64,000 nucleotides of DNA, taken from contig CACWNX010000001.1 in NCBI GenBank assembly GCA_902762295.1, positions 150,702-214,701 of the forward strand, in the 5' to 3' direction. This DNA comes from an uncultured Pseudomonadota bacterium. Lineage in GTDB: Bacteria > Pseudomonadota > Alphaproteobacteria > Rs-D84. Below, one piece after another: positions 46,264-55,515 of this stretch. The position numbers and the translations under genes are program-made. Numbering within the stretch: the stretch's first letter is position 1; the number at the start of each line of letters is the position of its first letter. The notes beneath the pieces are model-generated. The model had not been told where the DNA came from. It saw only the letters and a list, made by a program, of their open reading frames with translations, and ran no database searches.

Positions 46264-46578
46264 TTACCAACCACTGTTTGTTAAATCTAATTCTAATCGC
46301 GCCGCGTCCGACATACGCGACAAATCCCACGCCGGTTCCCAGACCAATTCAACATTAACTGGTACCGGTGAAACCACATTTGATACAACATTTTTAACCT
46401 GTGCAAATATATCATCCATCATCGGACATGTCGGACTGGTAAATGTCATTTTAATATTTACTAAATTATCCGATACATCGATATCATACACCAACCCCAA
46501 ATCCCAGATATTCACCGGAATTTCAGGGTCATAAACTGTTTTCAGCGCACTTATAATATCATCTTTTGTAAATGTCAT
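46264..46578 (-). CDS. sufT: DUF59/SufT-like Fe-S assembly protein
   Basis: 104 aa. VYDPEIPVNIWDLGLVY and TSPTCPM motifs. Confidence 0.75.
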   Translation of the reverse strand: MTFTKDDIISALKTVYDPEIPVNIWDLGLVYDIDVSDNLVNIKMTFTSPTCPMMDDIFAQVKNVVSNVVSPVPVNVELVWEPAWDLSRMSDAARLELDLTNSGW

Positions 46579-47690
46579 TTTGTTATATCTTTCATTATCC
46601 GTACAAAATTTTTAATATCAGAAATTGTATTCCATGGGCCCACAGAAACACGAATCGAACCAACTATACCAAGTTTTTGATGAATCCATGATGCGCACAT
46701 ATTACCAACCCGCACACAAATATTATGCGCCCCCAACATCACACCAATATCCAATGGATGCATGCCATCAACCACAAAACTTAGAATTGCCGCATCCTGC
46801 ATGGTCAGAATTTTTATATTTGGAATTTTTACTAATTCGTCATAAGCATATTTTATTAAATCTAAATTTGGTCGATGCGTTTCTAAATAGTCTAATGCCG
46901 GAACAATCCCCGCAATTTGTGTCAATGGCAATGTCCCCGCCTCCCACTTTTCGGGTGCACCATTCAAAATCCATTTGGCATCCGATATCTTTGACACCAT
47001 GCCACCGCCAAATTTATCGGGAAAATATTTTTCCGAATCACGAATATATAAAATCCCCAGTCCGGTATCTGCACCCATTTTATGCGCCGAAAACACCATA
47101 AAATCACAGTCCCATTTTTTTACATCTATTCTTTCATGAACAACATATTGCGATGCATCAACGATTGTGACAACATCTGGATTTTCTTGCCGTGCCGCCG
47201 CAATTATTTTTTTGACATTCTGCGCACGCCCCAAAACATTTGACATAGCAGTTATAATTAAATAATCCGTTTTTGGAATTTTATTTGGATTTATATCCAG
47301 TTTTTCATCTAATTCACATTTAAACATTTTACGGATTTTACCACGATACATCAAGTTTTCCCATGGCATACGCGCCGAATGATGATCAAGGTCAGATACC
47401 GCAAAGGTTGACTTTTCAAGATACCAAGGCTGTGAACTGATGATGTCTACAATACGATTTAATCCATCGGTTGCACCTGATGTAAAAACAACCTGATTCG
47501 GTTTGGCATTTATAAATTTCGCAACACGGCACCGTGCATTTGCAACCATATCATCAACCGCAGACGCACGGGTGCAAACCCCACGCCCCGCATTCGCATA
47601 TTTATTACGCAAAAAATCCATTTCTGCGTCAATCACAGAACGCGATTTTAACGCGGTCGCCGCCGCATCTAAATATATGATTTTATTCAT
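46575..47690 (-). CDS. sufS: Cysteine desulfurase (SufS-like, short)
   Basis: 371 aa. YLDAAATALK start, SAHKM PLP-Lys motif, and a C-terminal Cys loop (VGNMCAS). Confidence 0.8.
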   Translation of the reverse strand: MNKIIYLDAAATALKSRSVIDAEMDFLRNKYANAGRGVCTRASAVDDMVANARCRVAKFINAKPNQVVFTSGATDGLNRIVDIISSQPWYLEKSTFAVSDLDHHSARMPWENLMYRGKIRKMFKCELDEKLDINPNKIPKTDYLIITAMSNVLGRAQNVKKIIAAARQENPDVVTIVDASQYVVHERIDVKKWDCDFMVFSAHKMGADTGLGILYIRDSEKYFPDKFGGGMVSKISDAKWILNGAPEKWEAGTLPLTQIAGIVPALDYLETHRPNLDLIKYAYDELVKIPNIKILTMQDAAILSFVVDGMHPLDIGVMLGAHNICVRVGNMCASWIHQKLGIVGSIRVSVGPWNTISDIKNFVRIMKDITK

Positions 47691-47763
47691 TTTATGTTTT
47701 CTCTTGCATTTTTATTGAATTATAATACACTTGTCCGAAATATCAACACCAAAGGAGAAAAAG

Positions 47764-48078
47764 ATGGCGATACGACACGCAAACGATGAAAACTTTACCG
47801 AAATGACGGGGGGGGCATTAACATTGGTGGATTTTTGGGCACCATGGTGTGGACCATGTCGTATGTTTGGACCTATATTTGAGGCCACATCCGACACAAT
47901 CACTGATGTAAATTTTGTAAAATTTAATGTAGAAGAAGGTCGTCGCACTCCTGCCAAATTCGGAATTCGCGGAATTCCGTGTGTGTTGGCATTTAAAAAT
48001 GGCGAATTGGTAGAGGCACGCACAGGCCTAATGGACCAAGACACCTTGACAGAATGGATTAAAGAATTAAAGGGGTAA
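47764..48078 (+). CDS. trxA: Thioredoxin
   Basis: WAPWCGPCRM active site. Start at the ATG at 47764, 7 nt after AAGGAG. Confidence 0.9.
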   Translation: MAIRHANDENFTEMTGGALTLVDFWAPWCGPCRMFGPIFEATSDTITDVNFVKFNVEEGRRTPAKFGIRGIPCVLAFKNGELVEARTGLMDQDTLTEWIKELKG

Positions 48079-48082
48079 TAAA

Positions 48083-48511
48083 ATGGTAAAGAAAAACTAT
48101 AAAGATATTGAACTAAGCCCAAAATACAAACCAAAGAAAACCGAAGAATATATGTGTCCCGAACAATTGGCATATTTCTACCAGTTGCTAACCACCCAAA
48201 AAGAAGAAATCTTGCGCCAAAGCGAATCGACACTGAATTCGGTCAGTTCAAAAACCAAAGAAAGTTCATCCATCACCGGCGACGATTCGGATATTGCCAG
48301 CGCAGAACAAGAAACATCATTTACATTGCGCATGGCAGAACGCGATAAAAATCTGTTATTAAAAATAGACCAGGCATTGGAACGCATTGAAAATGGCACA
48401 TTCGGATACAGTGTAATTTCTGGCGATGAAATTGGTATAAATCGTATGCTGGCACGACCATTGGCTACGATGACAATCGAAGAACAAGAAGAACACGAAA
48501 AAAGACAATAA
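48083..48511 (+). CDS. dksA: DksA-family RNA polymerase-binding factor without the Cys4 zinc finger
   Basis: 142 aa. Coiled-coil tip DDSDIA (DxxDxA). C-terminal FGYSVISGDEIGINRMLARPLATMTIEE aligns with E. coli [28 protein letters not shown], with all four Cys replaced. Confidence 0.8.
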   Translation: MVKKNYKDIELSPKYKPKKTEEYMCPEQLAYFYQLLTTQKEEILRQSESTLNSVSSKTKESSSITGDDSDIASAEQETSFTLRMAERDKNLLLKIDQALERIENGTFGYSVISGDEIGINRMLARPLATMTIEEQEEHEKRQ

Positions 48512-48528
48512 AAAAATATTAACTAAAA

Positions 48529-48552
48529 AACGGACGAAAAAAATCGTCCGTT
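48529..48552. terminator. Bidirectional terminator between dksA and tatA
   Basis: AACGGACGA-AAAAAA-TCGTCCGTT followed by CTTTTTATTTT. Confidence 0.7.
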
Positions 48553-48556
48553 CTTT

Positions 48557-48790
48557 TTATTTTTGCGACTTTTTTGTCGCCTTTGACCTCGTCTTTCTCG
48601 CCGGCGATTTCTTTACTTGTTCTTTTTTGGACTCTGGTTTTTTATCATCATCTTTTTTCATTTCTTTTTTGAATGTGTTCAAACCATTTGCCAAATTTTT
48701 CATCATACCCGGTATTTTGCTGTGTCCAAATAATATGACTAACAACAAAACAATAACCAGTATTTCCATCCAACCTAATCTTCCAAACAT
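48557..48790 (-). CDS. tatA: Twin-arginine translocase subunit TatA
   Basis: 77 aa. MFGRLGWMEILVIVLLLVILFG plus an amphipathic helix and a Lys-rich tail. Unlinked to tatBC. Confidence 0.8.
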   Translation of the reverse strand: MFGRLGWMEILVIVLLLVILFGHSKIPGMMKNLANGLNTFKKEMKKDDDKKPESKKEQVKKSPARKTRSKATKKSQK

Positions 48791-48812
48791 ATCAAACTCC
48801 TTTCACTGACAA

Positions 48813-49631
48813 CTATTTTGCGACATAGCAATCTAAGCCGTCAGACTTTGCATTACGGCAGAATCCGTTTGCATCATTTGAATTGGCAAATGCTATGCGT
48901 AAACGATATGTTGTTTGACCATTCGGCAAAACCGCCGCCAGTATAACGAACTGTTTACCGCTGAACAAACTTTGATGTCCGGCACGAATCTTTTTCTCGG
49001 ATGCTTCGGCCGCTGCGCGTGTGCTGTATGAACCAAATTGAACATACCAACCACCATTTGCAACCTTTTGTGTTGCCGGTTTTGGTGCCGGTTTTGGTTT
49101 AGTAGGTGTCTTGACCGTCTTGGGTGCCGGTGCCGGAATTGGTTTTGGCGTCACCGTGGCACGTTCTGGATTGAATGTCACATCTTTGCGATCTTCAACA
49201 ACGCGTACCGATTGTGTCGGTGTGGCAACCGGCGTTGGCGCAGGTTGATTGGCGACAACCGGTGTCGGCTGCGGTGCGGGGCGCGGTTGATTTACAATCG
49301 TCGGTGACGGGACCGGGCCTGGCACAGGCATAACCTGAATCACCTGGGGTTCGGGCATCGGTGCCGGTGTTGGCGCAGGCATTACCACCGTATCGCGTTC
49401 TTCTACAACAACTGGTGCGCCTAAATCAACATCTATCGATGATGATGAATTACTGCCAACCACGCGAATAATAATAAACACTGCCAAAACAATTATTGCC
49501 AACCCAATAATCAGCAACAACCACGGACGATGTGGTCGCGGTGCAACAAACGGTGTTGCATCCGGCAGGCTGTCATCAACCGAATTATCGGCATCATCCA
49601 GGTCCAACAAGTCTAAATTTTCATCATTCAT
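48813..49631 (-). CDS. SPOR-domain protein
   Basis: 272 aa. TM helix, Pro-rich linker, C-terminal SPOR-like domain (GGWYVQFGSYSTRAAAEA...YRLRIAF..ANGFC). Confidence 0.75.
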   Translation of the reverse strand: MNDENLDLLDLDDADNSVDDSLPDATPFVAPRPHRPWLLLIIGLAIIVLAVFIIIRVVGSNSSSSIDVDLGAPVVVEERDTVVMPAPTPAPMPEPQVIQVMPVPGPVPSPTIVNQPRPAPQPTPVVANQPAPTPVATPTQSVRVVEDRKDVTFNPERATVTPKPIPAPAPKTVKTPTKPKPAPKPATQKVANGGWYVQFGSYSTRAAAEASEKKIRAGHQSLFSGKQFVILAAVLPNGQTTYRLRIAFANSNDANGFCRNAKSDGLDCYVAK

Positions 49632-49689
49632 TATGGTTTCTCCCTTTTACACTGAATACATTATACCATAAAAATGTGAATTCACAAAA

Positions 49690-49833
49690 TTATTTTGCAG
49701 GTCGCGCACCAAAATTTGGTGGCACAATTAATTTGTGATTTTCCTCAACAATCGGTTCGGTTTCACAGGTCTTTGCACACGCGCCCAACACGACCGGTGT
49801 CAACATCGCAATAATTAAAATTATTTTTTTCAT
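49690..49833 (-). CDS. Small lipoprotein (47 aa), below the ORF-track cutoff
   Basis: Hand translation: MKKIILIIAMLTPVVLGACAKTCETEPIVEENHKLIVPPNFGARPAK. Lipobox LGA/C. Strong RBS AAGGAAGGA. Confidence 0.45.
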   Translation of the reverse strand: MKKIILIIAMLTPVVLGACAKTCETEPIVEENHKLIVPPNFGARPAK

Positions 49834-49892
49834 ATTCCTTCCTTTTTTTCAGATTCGGCGACACTCGCCGCCGAATCACTAACCACTAATCA

Positions 49893-51620
49893 CTATAACG
49901 GCAATTTTACCGCATCACGCATTTGATTTACAAATTCATCCAATGCGACAACTTCTTGCTTTTCAACACCCAATTTACGCAGAGTGACGGTTTTATCTGC
50001 CGCCTCTTTTTCACCGACAACGGCGATAATTGGGGTTTTTGCCAACGACAAATCTCGAACTTTATAGTTGACCTTTTCGTCACGTAAATCGGCACGACTA
50101 TAAACACCCGCCGCGCGCAAATCGGACACGACCTGCTCTGCATAATCTTTATATTTTTCTGATACCGGGACAACAACAACCGGTTCCGGCGACAACCACA
50201 ACGGCAAATTACCCGATTGATTCTCTATAAGAATACCCATAAAACGTTCAATAGAACCAAACAAAGCACGATGCAACATCACAGGACGATGTTTTTCGCC
50301 ATCTTCGCCAATATACGAAATATCAAACCGTTCTGGCAAATTCATATCAACCTGAATTGTTCCACACTGCCATTCACGTCCGATTGCATCACGCAATATA
50401 AATTCCAACTTTGGACCATAAAATGCACCTTCACCTGGATTTATGGTAAATTCATATCCATGGGCATTCAAGGCATTCGCCAACGATTTTTCACACAAAT
50501 CCCAAATTTCATCTGAACCAATTCGTTTTTCTGGCCGTGTTGACAGGTATATTTTAACTTCATTGAAACCAAACTGCTTATATATATCCAAAATCAACTT
50601 TAGCGTATCTATGCATTCGGTTTCCATTTGTTCTGGTGTGCAGAAAATATGTGCATCATCCTGGGTAAATTCACGCACGCGCATCACCCCCATTAACGAA
50701 CCGGATGCCTCATAACGATTCACCTTACCAAACTCTGCCATACGCAACGGCAAGTCACGATAAGAACGTAACGCACTGCGATAAATCAACACACCACCCG
50801 GACAATTCATTGGTTTTATGCAAAACATGCGCTCATCTTCGGTCTTTCCCGAATAATTATGCGCACCATACTTTTCCCAATGTCCAGATGTTTCCCACAG
50901 AACCCGGTCCATAACCGCCGGCGTACAAACTTCAATATAGCCCGCCCGTTCCTGACGCGCACGCATATAATCAATTAGACGGCGATAAACCTTGTACCCT
51001 TTATCGTGCCAGAAAACTGCACCTGGTGCATATTCCGGTTCAAAATGGAACAGGTCCATATCTTTACCCAATTTACGATGATCGCGCTTTGCGGCTTCTT
51101 CTTGCATTTTAAGGAAGTTGTCTAATGCTTCTTTGGATTCAAATGCATCGACATATATACGTTGCAACATTTTGTTTTTGGAATCACCCTTCCAATACGC
51201 GCCGGCAACATTACGAATCTTGAATCCATCGCGCGGCAAATCTTTTGAACTTTCCACATGCGGACCACGGCACAAATCGGTAAAGTCCCGGAAAGTATAA
51301 ATTGACAACTTTTCACCCGCCGCATCATATTCGTTCAACCATTCCATTTTGTATGGTTGGTCGGCAAAGATTTTTTTCGCTTCGTCTAATTCGATAATTC
51401 TTTGTTCGAAACGACCATTTGATTTAATCAGTTCACGCATTTCCCGTTCAATTTTTTCAAAATCTTCTTCGGAAAAACGATAATCGGTATCAAAGTCGTA
51501 ATAAAACCCATTTTCAATTGCCGGACCACCCGCGAATTTAACATCTGGGTGTAATTTTTTCACTGCGGCGGCCATAACGTGCGCCAACGAGTGACGAATC
51601 AATTCAATTGGATATGACAT
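49893..51620 (-). CDS. thrS: Threonyl-tRNA synthetase lacking the N-terminal TGS domain
   Basis: 575 aa. It begins directly in the editing domain (IRHSLAHVMAAAV). Class II core and anticodon-binding domain are present. Confidence 0.95.
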   Translation of the reverse strand: MSYPIELIRHSLAHVMAAAVKKLHPDVKFAGGPAIENGFYYDFDTDYRFSEEDFEKIEREMRELIKSNGRFEQRIIELDEAKKIFADQPYKMEWLNEYDAAGEKLSIYTFRDFTDLCRGPHVESSKDLPRDGFKIRNVAGAYWKGDSKNKMLQRIYVDAFESKEALDNFLKMQEEAAKRDHRKLGKDMDLFHFEPEYAPGAVFWHDKGYKVYRRLIDYMRARQERAGYIEVCTPAVMDRVLWETSGHWEKYGAHNYSGKTEDERMFCIKPMNCPGGVLIYRSALRSYRDLPLRMAEFGKVNRYEASGSLMGVMRVREFTQDDAHIFCTPEQMETECIDTLKLILDIYKQFGFNEVKIYLSTRPEKRIGSDEIWDLCEKSLANALNAHGYEFTINPGEGAFYGPKLEFILRDAIGREWQCGTIQVDMNLPERFDISYIGEDGEKHRPVMLHRALFGSIERFMGILIENQSGNLPLWLSPEPVVVVPVSEKYKDYAEQVVSDLRAAGVYSRADLRDEKVNYKVRDLSLAKTPIIAVVGEKEAADKTVTLRKLGVEKQEVVALDEFVNQMRDAVKLPL

Positions 51621-51665
51621 AACAAGTTCCTTTTTATATTTTTATTTAGATTTTCAAACTGTTTG

Positions 51666-51694
51666 ATTATATTCGCGCGTCATCAAAAACGCAA
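51666..51694 (-). promoter_or_regulatory. Candidate sigma-70 promoter for thrS
   Basis: The minus strand reads TTGCGT-N17-TATAAT, about 45 nt upstream of the ATG. Confidence 0.35.
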
Positions 51695-51799
51695 TAATAA
51701 ATTACCGTACCCCCGCGGGGGTTGTAGTTGTCGTTGTAAAGAATGTCCAAAAACACTTCATGCCAACCATTATATGCCAACCGAATCAAAAAGTCAACA

Positions 51800-52552
51800 C
51801 TACACATCCAATATCGCGCCATAAAGGACCGCAAAGAAAAAGCACACTGTTCCACCAATTACAAACAAATGCCATATTGCGTGCGAAAACTTTAGTTTAC
51901 GCCACAGATAAAATATAACACCCAGACTGTATGACAATCCACCCGCCAAAATAAACCACAGACCGCGTGGCGGAATATTGTGCAACATTGCCGGCAATAT
52001 AAATAACAATGTCCATCCCATCAACAAATAAAGCGCGACAACCCACTTTGGTTGCTGGTGCGGATTACGGATTTTAACAACCGCACCAAAAATCACAATC
52101 GCCCACAAAATTCCAAAAACCGTCCAACCCAATCCGCCACGCAAATTTACCAACAAAAACGGTGTGTATGTGCCGGCAATCAACGCATAGATTGCGACAC
52201 TGTCCCATACTTCAAAGAAACATTCATTTCTGTGACCGATTGTTATGTGACACATTGTTGAACCAAAATACAGTGTAAACATTGTCACACCAAAAATTGC
52301 ACATGATACAACCGACCACGCATTTCCATAAATTGCTGCGAACACGACCAACAGGGTCAAACCTGCAATTGCCAAACCTATTCCGATTCCATGCGTTAAA
52401 ATATTCAAAACCTCTTCGGCGCGGGTGGATTTGCGTTCCCAACGAAACAAACCTGTTGCACGCAGAATACGCAACAAATGCGATGCATGTTCATCACGCC
52501 GAACTTGTTTTAACTTAGTCCGAACAATTTTACGATTTTTTGTTTTGGTCAT
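51800..52552 (-). CDS. Hemolysin III / PAQR-family membrane protein
   Basis: 250 aa, 7 TM, N.LTHG.G and HAIWHLFV motifs. Confidence 0.85.
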   Translation of the reverse strand: MTKTKNRKIVRTKLKQVRRDEHASHLLRILRATGLFRWERKSTRAEEVLNILTHGIGIGLAIAGLTLLVVFAAIYGNAWSVVSCAIFGVTMFTLYFGSTMCHITIGHRNECFFEVWDSVAIYALIAGTYTPFLLVNLRGGLGWTVFGILWAIVIFGAVVKIRNPHQQPKWVVALYLLMGWTLLFILPAMLHNIPPRGLWFILAGGLSYSLGVIFYLWRKLKFSHAIWHLFVIGGTVCFFFAVLYGAILDV

Positions 52553-54123
52553 ACCAACGCCTTTATTCTTTTAACAACTCTTGTTCCGCCCATCACTTGC
52601 ATAATGGAATAAAGGTCCGGTGTGTTTGTGCGACCCGATAACGCAACACGTAAATTCATTGCGACATCACCATTTTTCACACCAAACTTTTCGGCAATCG
52701 CGACAATTTTATTCCACCAAGTATCTTTGTCATCGGTAATATCAAATGTTTCCAAAAACGCGTTCAGCACATCACTGTTATACGCATATTCCGTATTCGG
52801 AACAAACAAATCGTCCCAGAAAAATTCTTCTATCTCTAATGTCTGTTTCCATGTGATAAAATCTTTACGAATGCGCGCCGGATTGTCGCGTTCAATGGCC
52901 AGCACACGCGTTAAATAATCCGTATCGGCAACCTGCATTTTTTGTTTGTCATTGCCATATTCATTTGCCCAATCGGTCACAGATTTAACTAAATCAGAAA
53001 CCGCCATCGCACCAATATACTCCTTGGCCCACCATTCCAATTTCTTCATATCAAACAAACCGCCCGACATTGGAATTTTTTTTGGCTTCATTTCATATTC
53101 CCAGAAATTTTTTACTGCGCCTTTTAATTTTGCCTCTTCATAGCCCGATGCCAAAATATTCCCCAGGTATTCAATTACCGCATCGGTTGGCCAACCGTCA
53201 TTTAAGAAAAACGCGACATTTGCTTCTGGGTCTTTACGTTTAGACATCTTGCGTTGTTTTCCGGTTTCATCGTCTATTTTATCCAGTGTTGCTGTATGAA
53301 TATACACCGGCGGTGTCCATTCCATCATACGAAATAATTGGTAATGCAAAGGCAACGAAGGTAACCATTCTTCACCACGCACAACATGTGTAGTCCGCAT
53401 AAAATGGTCATCAACCAAGTGCGCAAAATGATATGTCGGCAACCCATCATTTGATTTTATCAAAACCAAATCTTCATTATTTTCGGGGAAACCAATAGAA
53501 CCACGAACGGCATCTTTACAGAAAATTCTTTGATTTGGATTACCATTTGAATACAGCCGAATAGATGGTATTTCACCATTATCCAGGTGCCTAGTTATTT
53601 CATCGGGTGTAATATCACGGTCGCGTGCAAATTCACCATATATACCGGTGGCAAAACCCGCCGACGATTGTTCTGCGCGAATGCGTTCCATATCGTCCGG
53701 GGTTAAAAAACATGGATATGCATGCCCAGTTCGCAACAATTCTGCCGCGACACTGCGATAAATATCTTTGCGTTGTGATTGATAATACGGCCCATATGTT
53801 TCATCATTATTGTATTCCAAACCAAAGCAATGCATTGCATTTTTTACAACCGTCACCGCACCATCAACCTCGCGTTTGGTATCAGTATCTTCTATGCGCA
53901 GCATAAAAACCCCATTTGACTGTTGCGCTAATTTATAATCAATCAATGCACCATACAGGTTTCCAACATGCATAAATCCGGTCGGACTGGGTGCGAATCG
54001 GGTCACCATAGCGCCATCGGGCAAATTACGCGGTGGAAATTTTTCTTCTAATTCTGCGACGGTATATTTCGGTGCCGCGCCCAGCACGCGTGCAATTAAA
54101 TCCTCGGTCAAACCTGTTCTCAT
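52549..54123 (-). CDS. gltX: Glutamyl-tRNA synthetase
   Basis: Start at the ATG at 54123 (MRTGLTED). TRFAPSPTGFMHVGN (HIGH) and KMSKR (KMSKS) motifs. Confidence 0.9.
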   Translation of the reverse strand: MRTGLTEDLIARVLGAAPKYTVAELEEKFPPRNLPDGAMVTRFAPSPTGFMHVGNLYGALIDYKLAQQSNGVFMLRIEDTDTKREVDGAVTVVKNAMHCFGLEYNNDETYGPYYQSQRKDIYRSVAAELLRTGHAYPCFLTPDDMERIRAEQSSAGFATGIYGEFARDRDITPDEITRHLDNGEIPSIRLYSNGNPNQRIFCKDAVRGSIGFPENNEDLVLIKSNDGLPTYHFAHLVDDHFMRTTHVVRGEEWLPSLPLHYQLFRMMEWTPPVYIHTATLDKIDDETGKQRKMSKRKDPEANVAFFLNDGWPTDAVIEYLGNILASGYEEAKLKGAVKNFWEYEMKPKKIPMSGGLFDMKKLEWWAKEYIGAMAVSDLVKSVTDWANEYGNDKQKMQVADTDYLTRVLAIERDNPARIRKDFITWKQTLEIEEFFWDDLFVPNTEYAYNSDVLNAFLETFDITDDKDTWWNKIVAIAEKFGVKNGDVAMNLRVALSGRTNTPDLYSIMQVMGGTRVVKRIKALV

Positions 54124-54168
54124 AATCAAATCCTTGTATTTCCAATATTTGCATTTTATACTAAATAT

Positions 54169-54801
54169 ATGGAAAAACAAGAAATAAGAACATTTGGTCG
54201 CCGACACGGCAAAAAATTATCGGAACGCAAAAGTTTCCTGGTGGAAAAAGTACTGCCCGGGCTAATTCCAAACGAATCGGAATCTAATGACATTCTGGAA
54301 ATCGGCTTTGGTGCCGGCGAACATGTCCGCGAATTGGCGCACGAATTTCCGAACAAAATTATAATCGGTGCCGAACCGTTTGTGAATGGGGTTGCCGCCC
54401 TGCTCTCGGCAATATGTGACGAAAAAAACCAAATAAAATCCGAATATAAAAATATTCGCATCTGGCCGGACGATGTGCGTTTAATGTTAAATAATACAAA
54501 ATTTAAATTTTCCGAAATCTGGATTCTGCACCCCGACCCATGGCCCAAGGCGCGCCATGAAAAGCGCCGGTTGTTAAATTCAGATTTCTTGAATTTGTTG
54601 GCAAACAATCTTGCCGACAACGGAAAAATTATTATTGGAACCGACCATTGGGGCTATTACGATTGGATTTGCGAACAGGTATCAAAAACAAACCTGTTGC
54701 AAAACGATTCGGAAATTGAAATTATAAGAACGCGCTATCAAGAAAAAAATATGGCGCAAACATCCGAACCAAAATACTTGATACTGACCAATAAAAACTA
54801 G
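54169..54801 (+). CDS. trmB: tRNA (guanine-N7)-methyltransferase TrmB
   Basis: 210 aa. LEIGFGAGEH SAM motif and a HPDPWPK..H.KRR motif. Confidence 0.85.
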   Translation: MEKQEIRTFGRRHGKKLSERKSFLVEKVLPGLIPNESESNDILEIGFGAGEHVRELAHEFPNKIIIGAEPFVNGVAALLSAICDEKNQIKSEYKNIRIWPDDVRLMLNNTKFKFSEIWILHPDPWPKARHEKRRLLNSDFLNLLANNLADNGKIIIGTDHWGYYDWICEQVSKTNLLQNDSEIEIIRTRYQEKNMAQTSEPKYLILTNKN

Positions 54802-55472
54802 TATGGCATAAATACCAAAATTTTTTCAGCAACCGCCGGCCGCATTTTTTGCGCCAATCGCAGAACCTGGCTGGCCCGCATCATATTTTTACCGAACATC
54901 AAATGCAATGCACCGTCAAAATTCCAACTTTCAAACATCGCATAAATTCGCCCAACAAAGTCCGACGATGCGTCAAATTTATCGCCCACCGCGGTTATCA
55001 TAACTGCGTTTGCCTGGACACGATTTAATAAATCAAATATACCCACCCAATCCGCATTATCAACATTATCTATATTCAATTCAATCACCAAATCATGGTC
55101 AAAGAATAAATCATTTTTTATAGGCATGACCAGATTAACAAACTGTTCCAGTTCATTTGGTTTAATCATAATCTGCGCACCATTTGCACCATGACGAAAA
55201 CTATCATTCACATTACGCGCAATTTCAGACATCGTCACATCGGCATTATCATCAAAATCAACCGCAAAGCGATTAAATATACGAATATTACGATTTTCAA
55301 TCCAAGGCCATATTTTTTCGGTCACCGACACCGGAACCGATATCAACGATACATTATTATCCAAAATAAAATTTGAAATTTGCGCCAATTCACTATCATC
55401 AACCACGCGGTCATCAACCCAGATTACCGACATGCCCGAAAAATCGTCAAAAAAATCATCTGTTTTTATCAT
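54798..55472 (-). CDS. Acidic hypothetical protein
   Basis: Start set at the ATG at 55472 (MIKTDDFFDDF) so that it does not overlap the divergent gene at 55516. No motif recognised with confidence. Confidence 0.45.
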   Translation of the reverse strand: MIKTDDFFDDFSGMSVIWVDDRVVDDSELAQISNFILDNNVSLISVPVSVTEKIWPWIENRNIRIFNRFAVDFDDNADVTMSEIARNVNDSFRHGANGAQIMIKPNELEQFVNLVMPIKNDLFFDHDLVIELNIDNVDNADWVGIFDLLNRVQANAVMITAVGDKFDASSDFVGRIYAMFESWNFDGALHLMFGKNMMRASQVLRLAQKMRPAVAEKILVFMPY

Positions 55473-55515
55473 AACACTTTTTACTTTATCATAAATGTGA
55501 TATAATTTAAGCGAA

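Noticed and set aside
47712-48233. A 173-aa minus-strand ORF
   Set aside because: It is antisense to trxA and the start of dksA, both of which carry unambiguous motifs.
51700-51730. The CCCCCGCGGGGG palindrome upstream of thrS, as a possible leader, attenuator or T-box element
   Set aside because: It lies upstream of the best promoter candidate for thrS and just downstream of the hemolysin III stop. It is more simply a weak terminator for that gene. No T-box specifier or antiterminator features are visible.
54156-54620. A 154-aa minus-strand ORF, and the 54207 start of gltX
   Set aside because: It is antisense to trmB. The gltX N-terminal extension is hydrophobic junk, and the conserved GluRS N-terminus starts at 54123.
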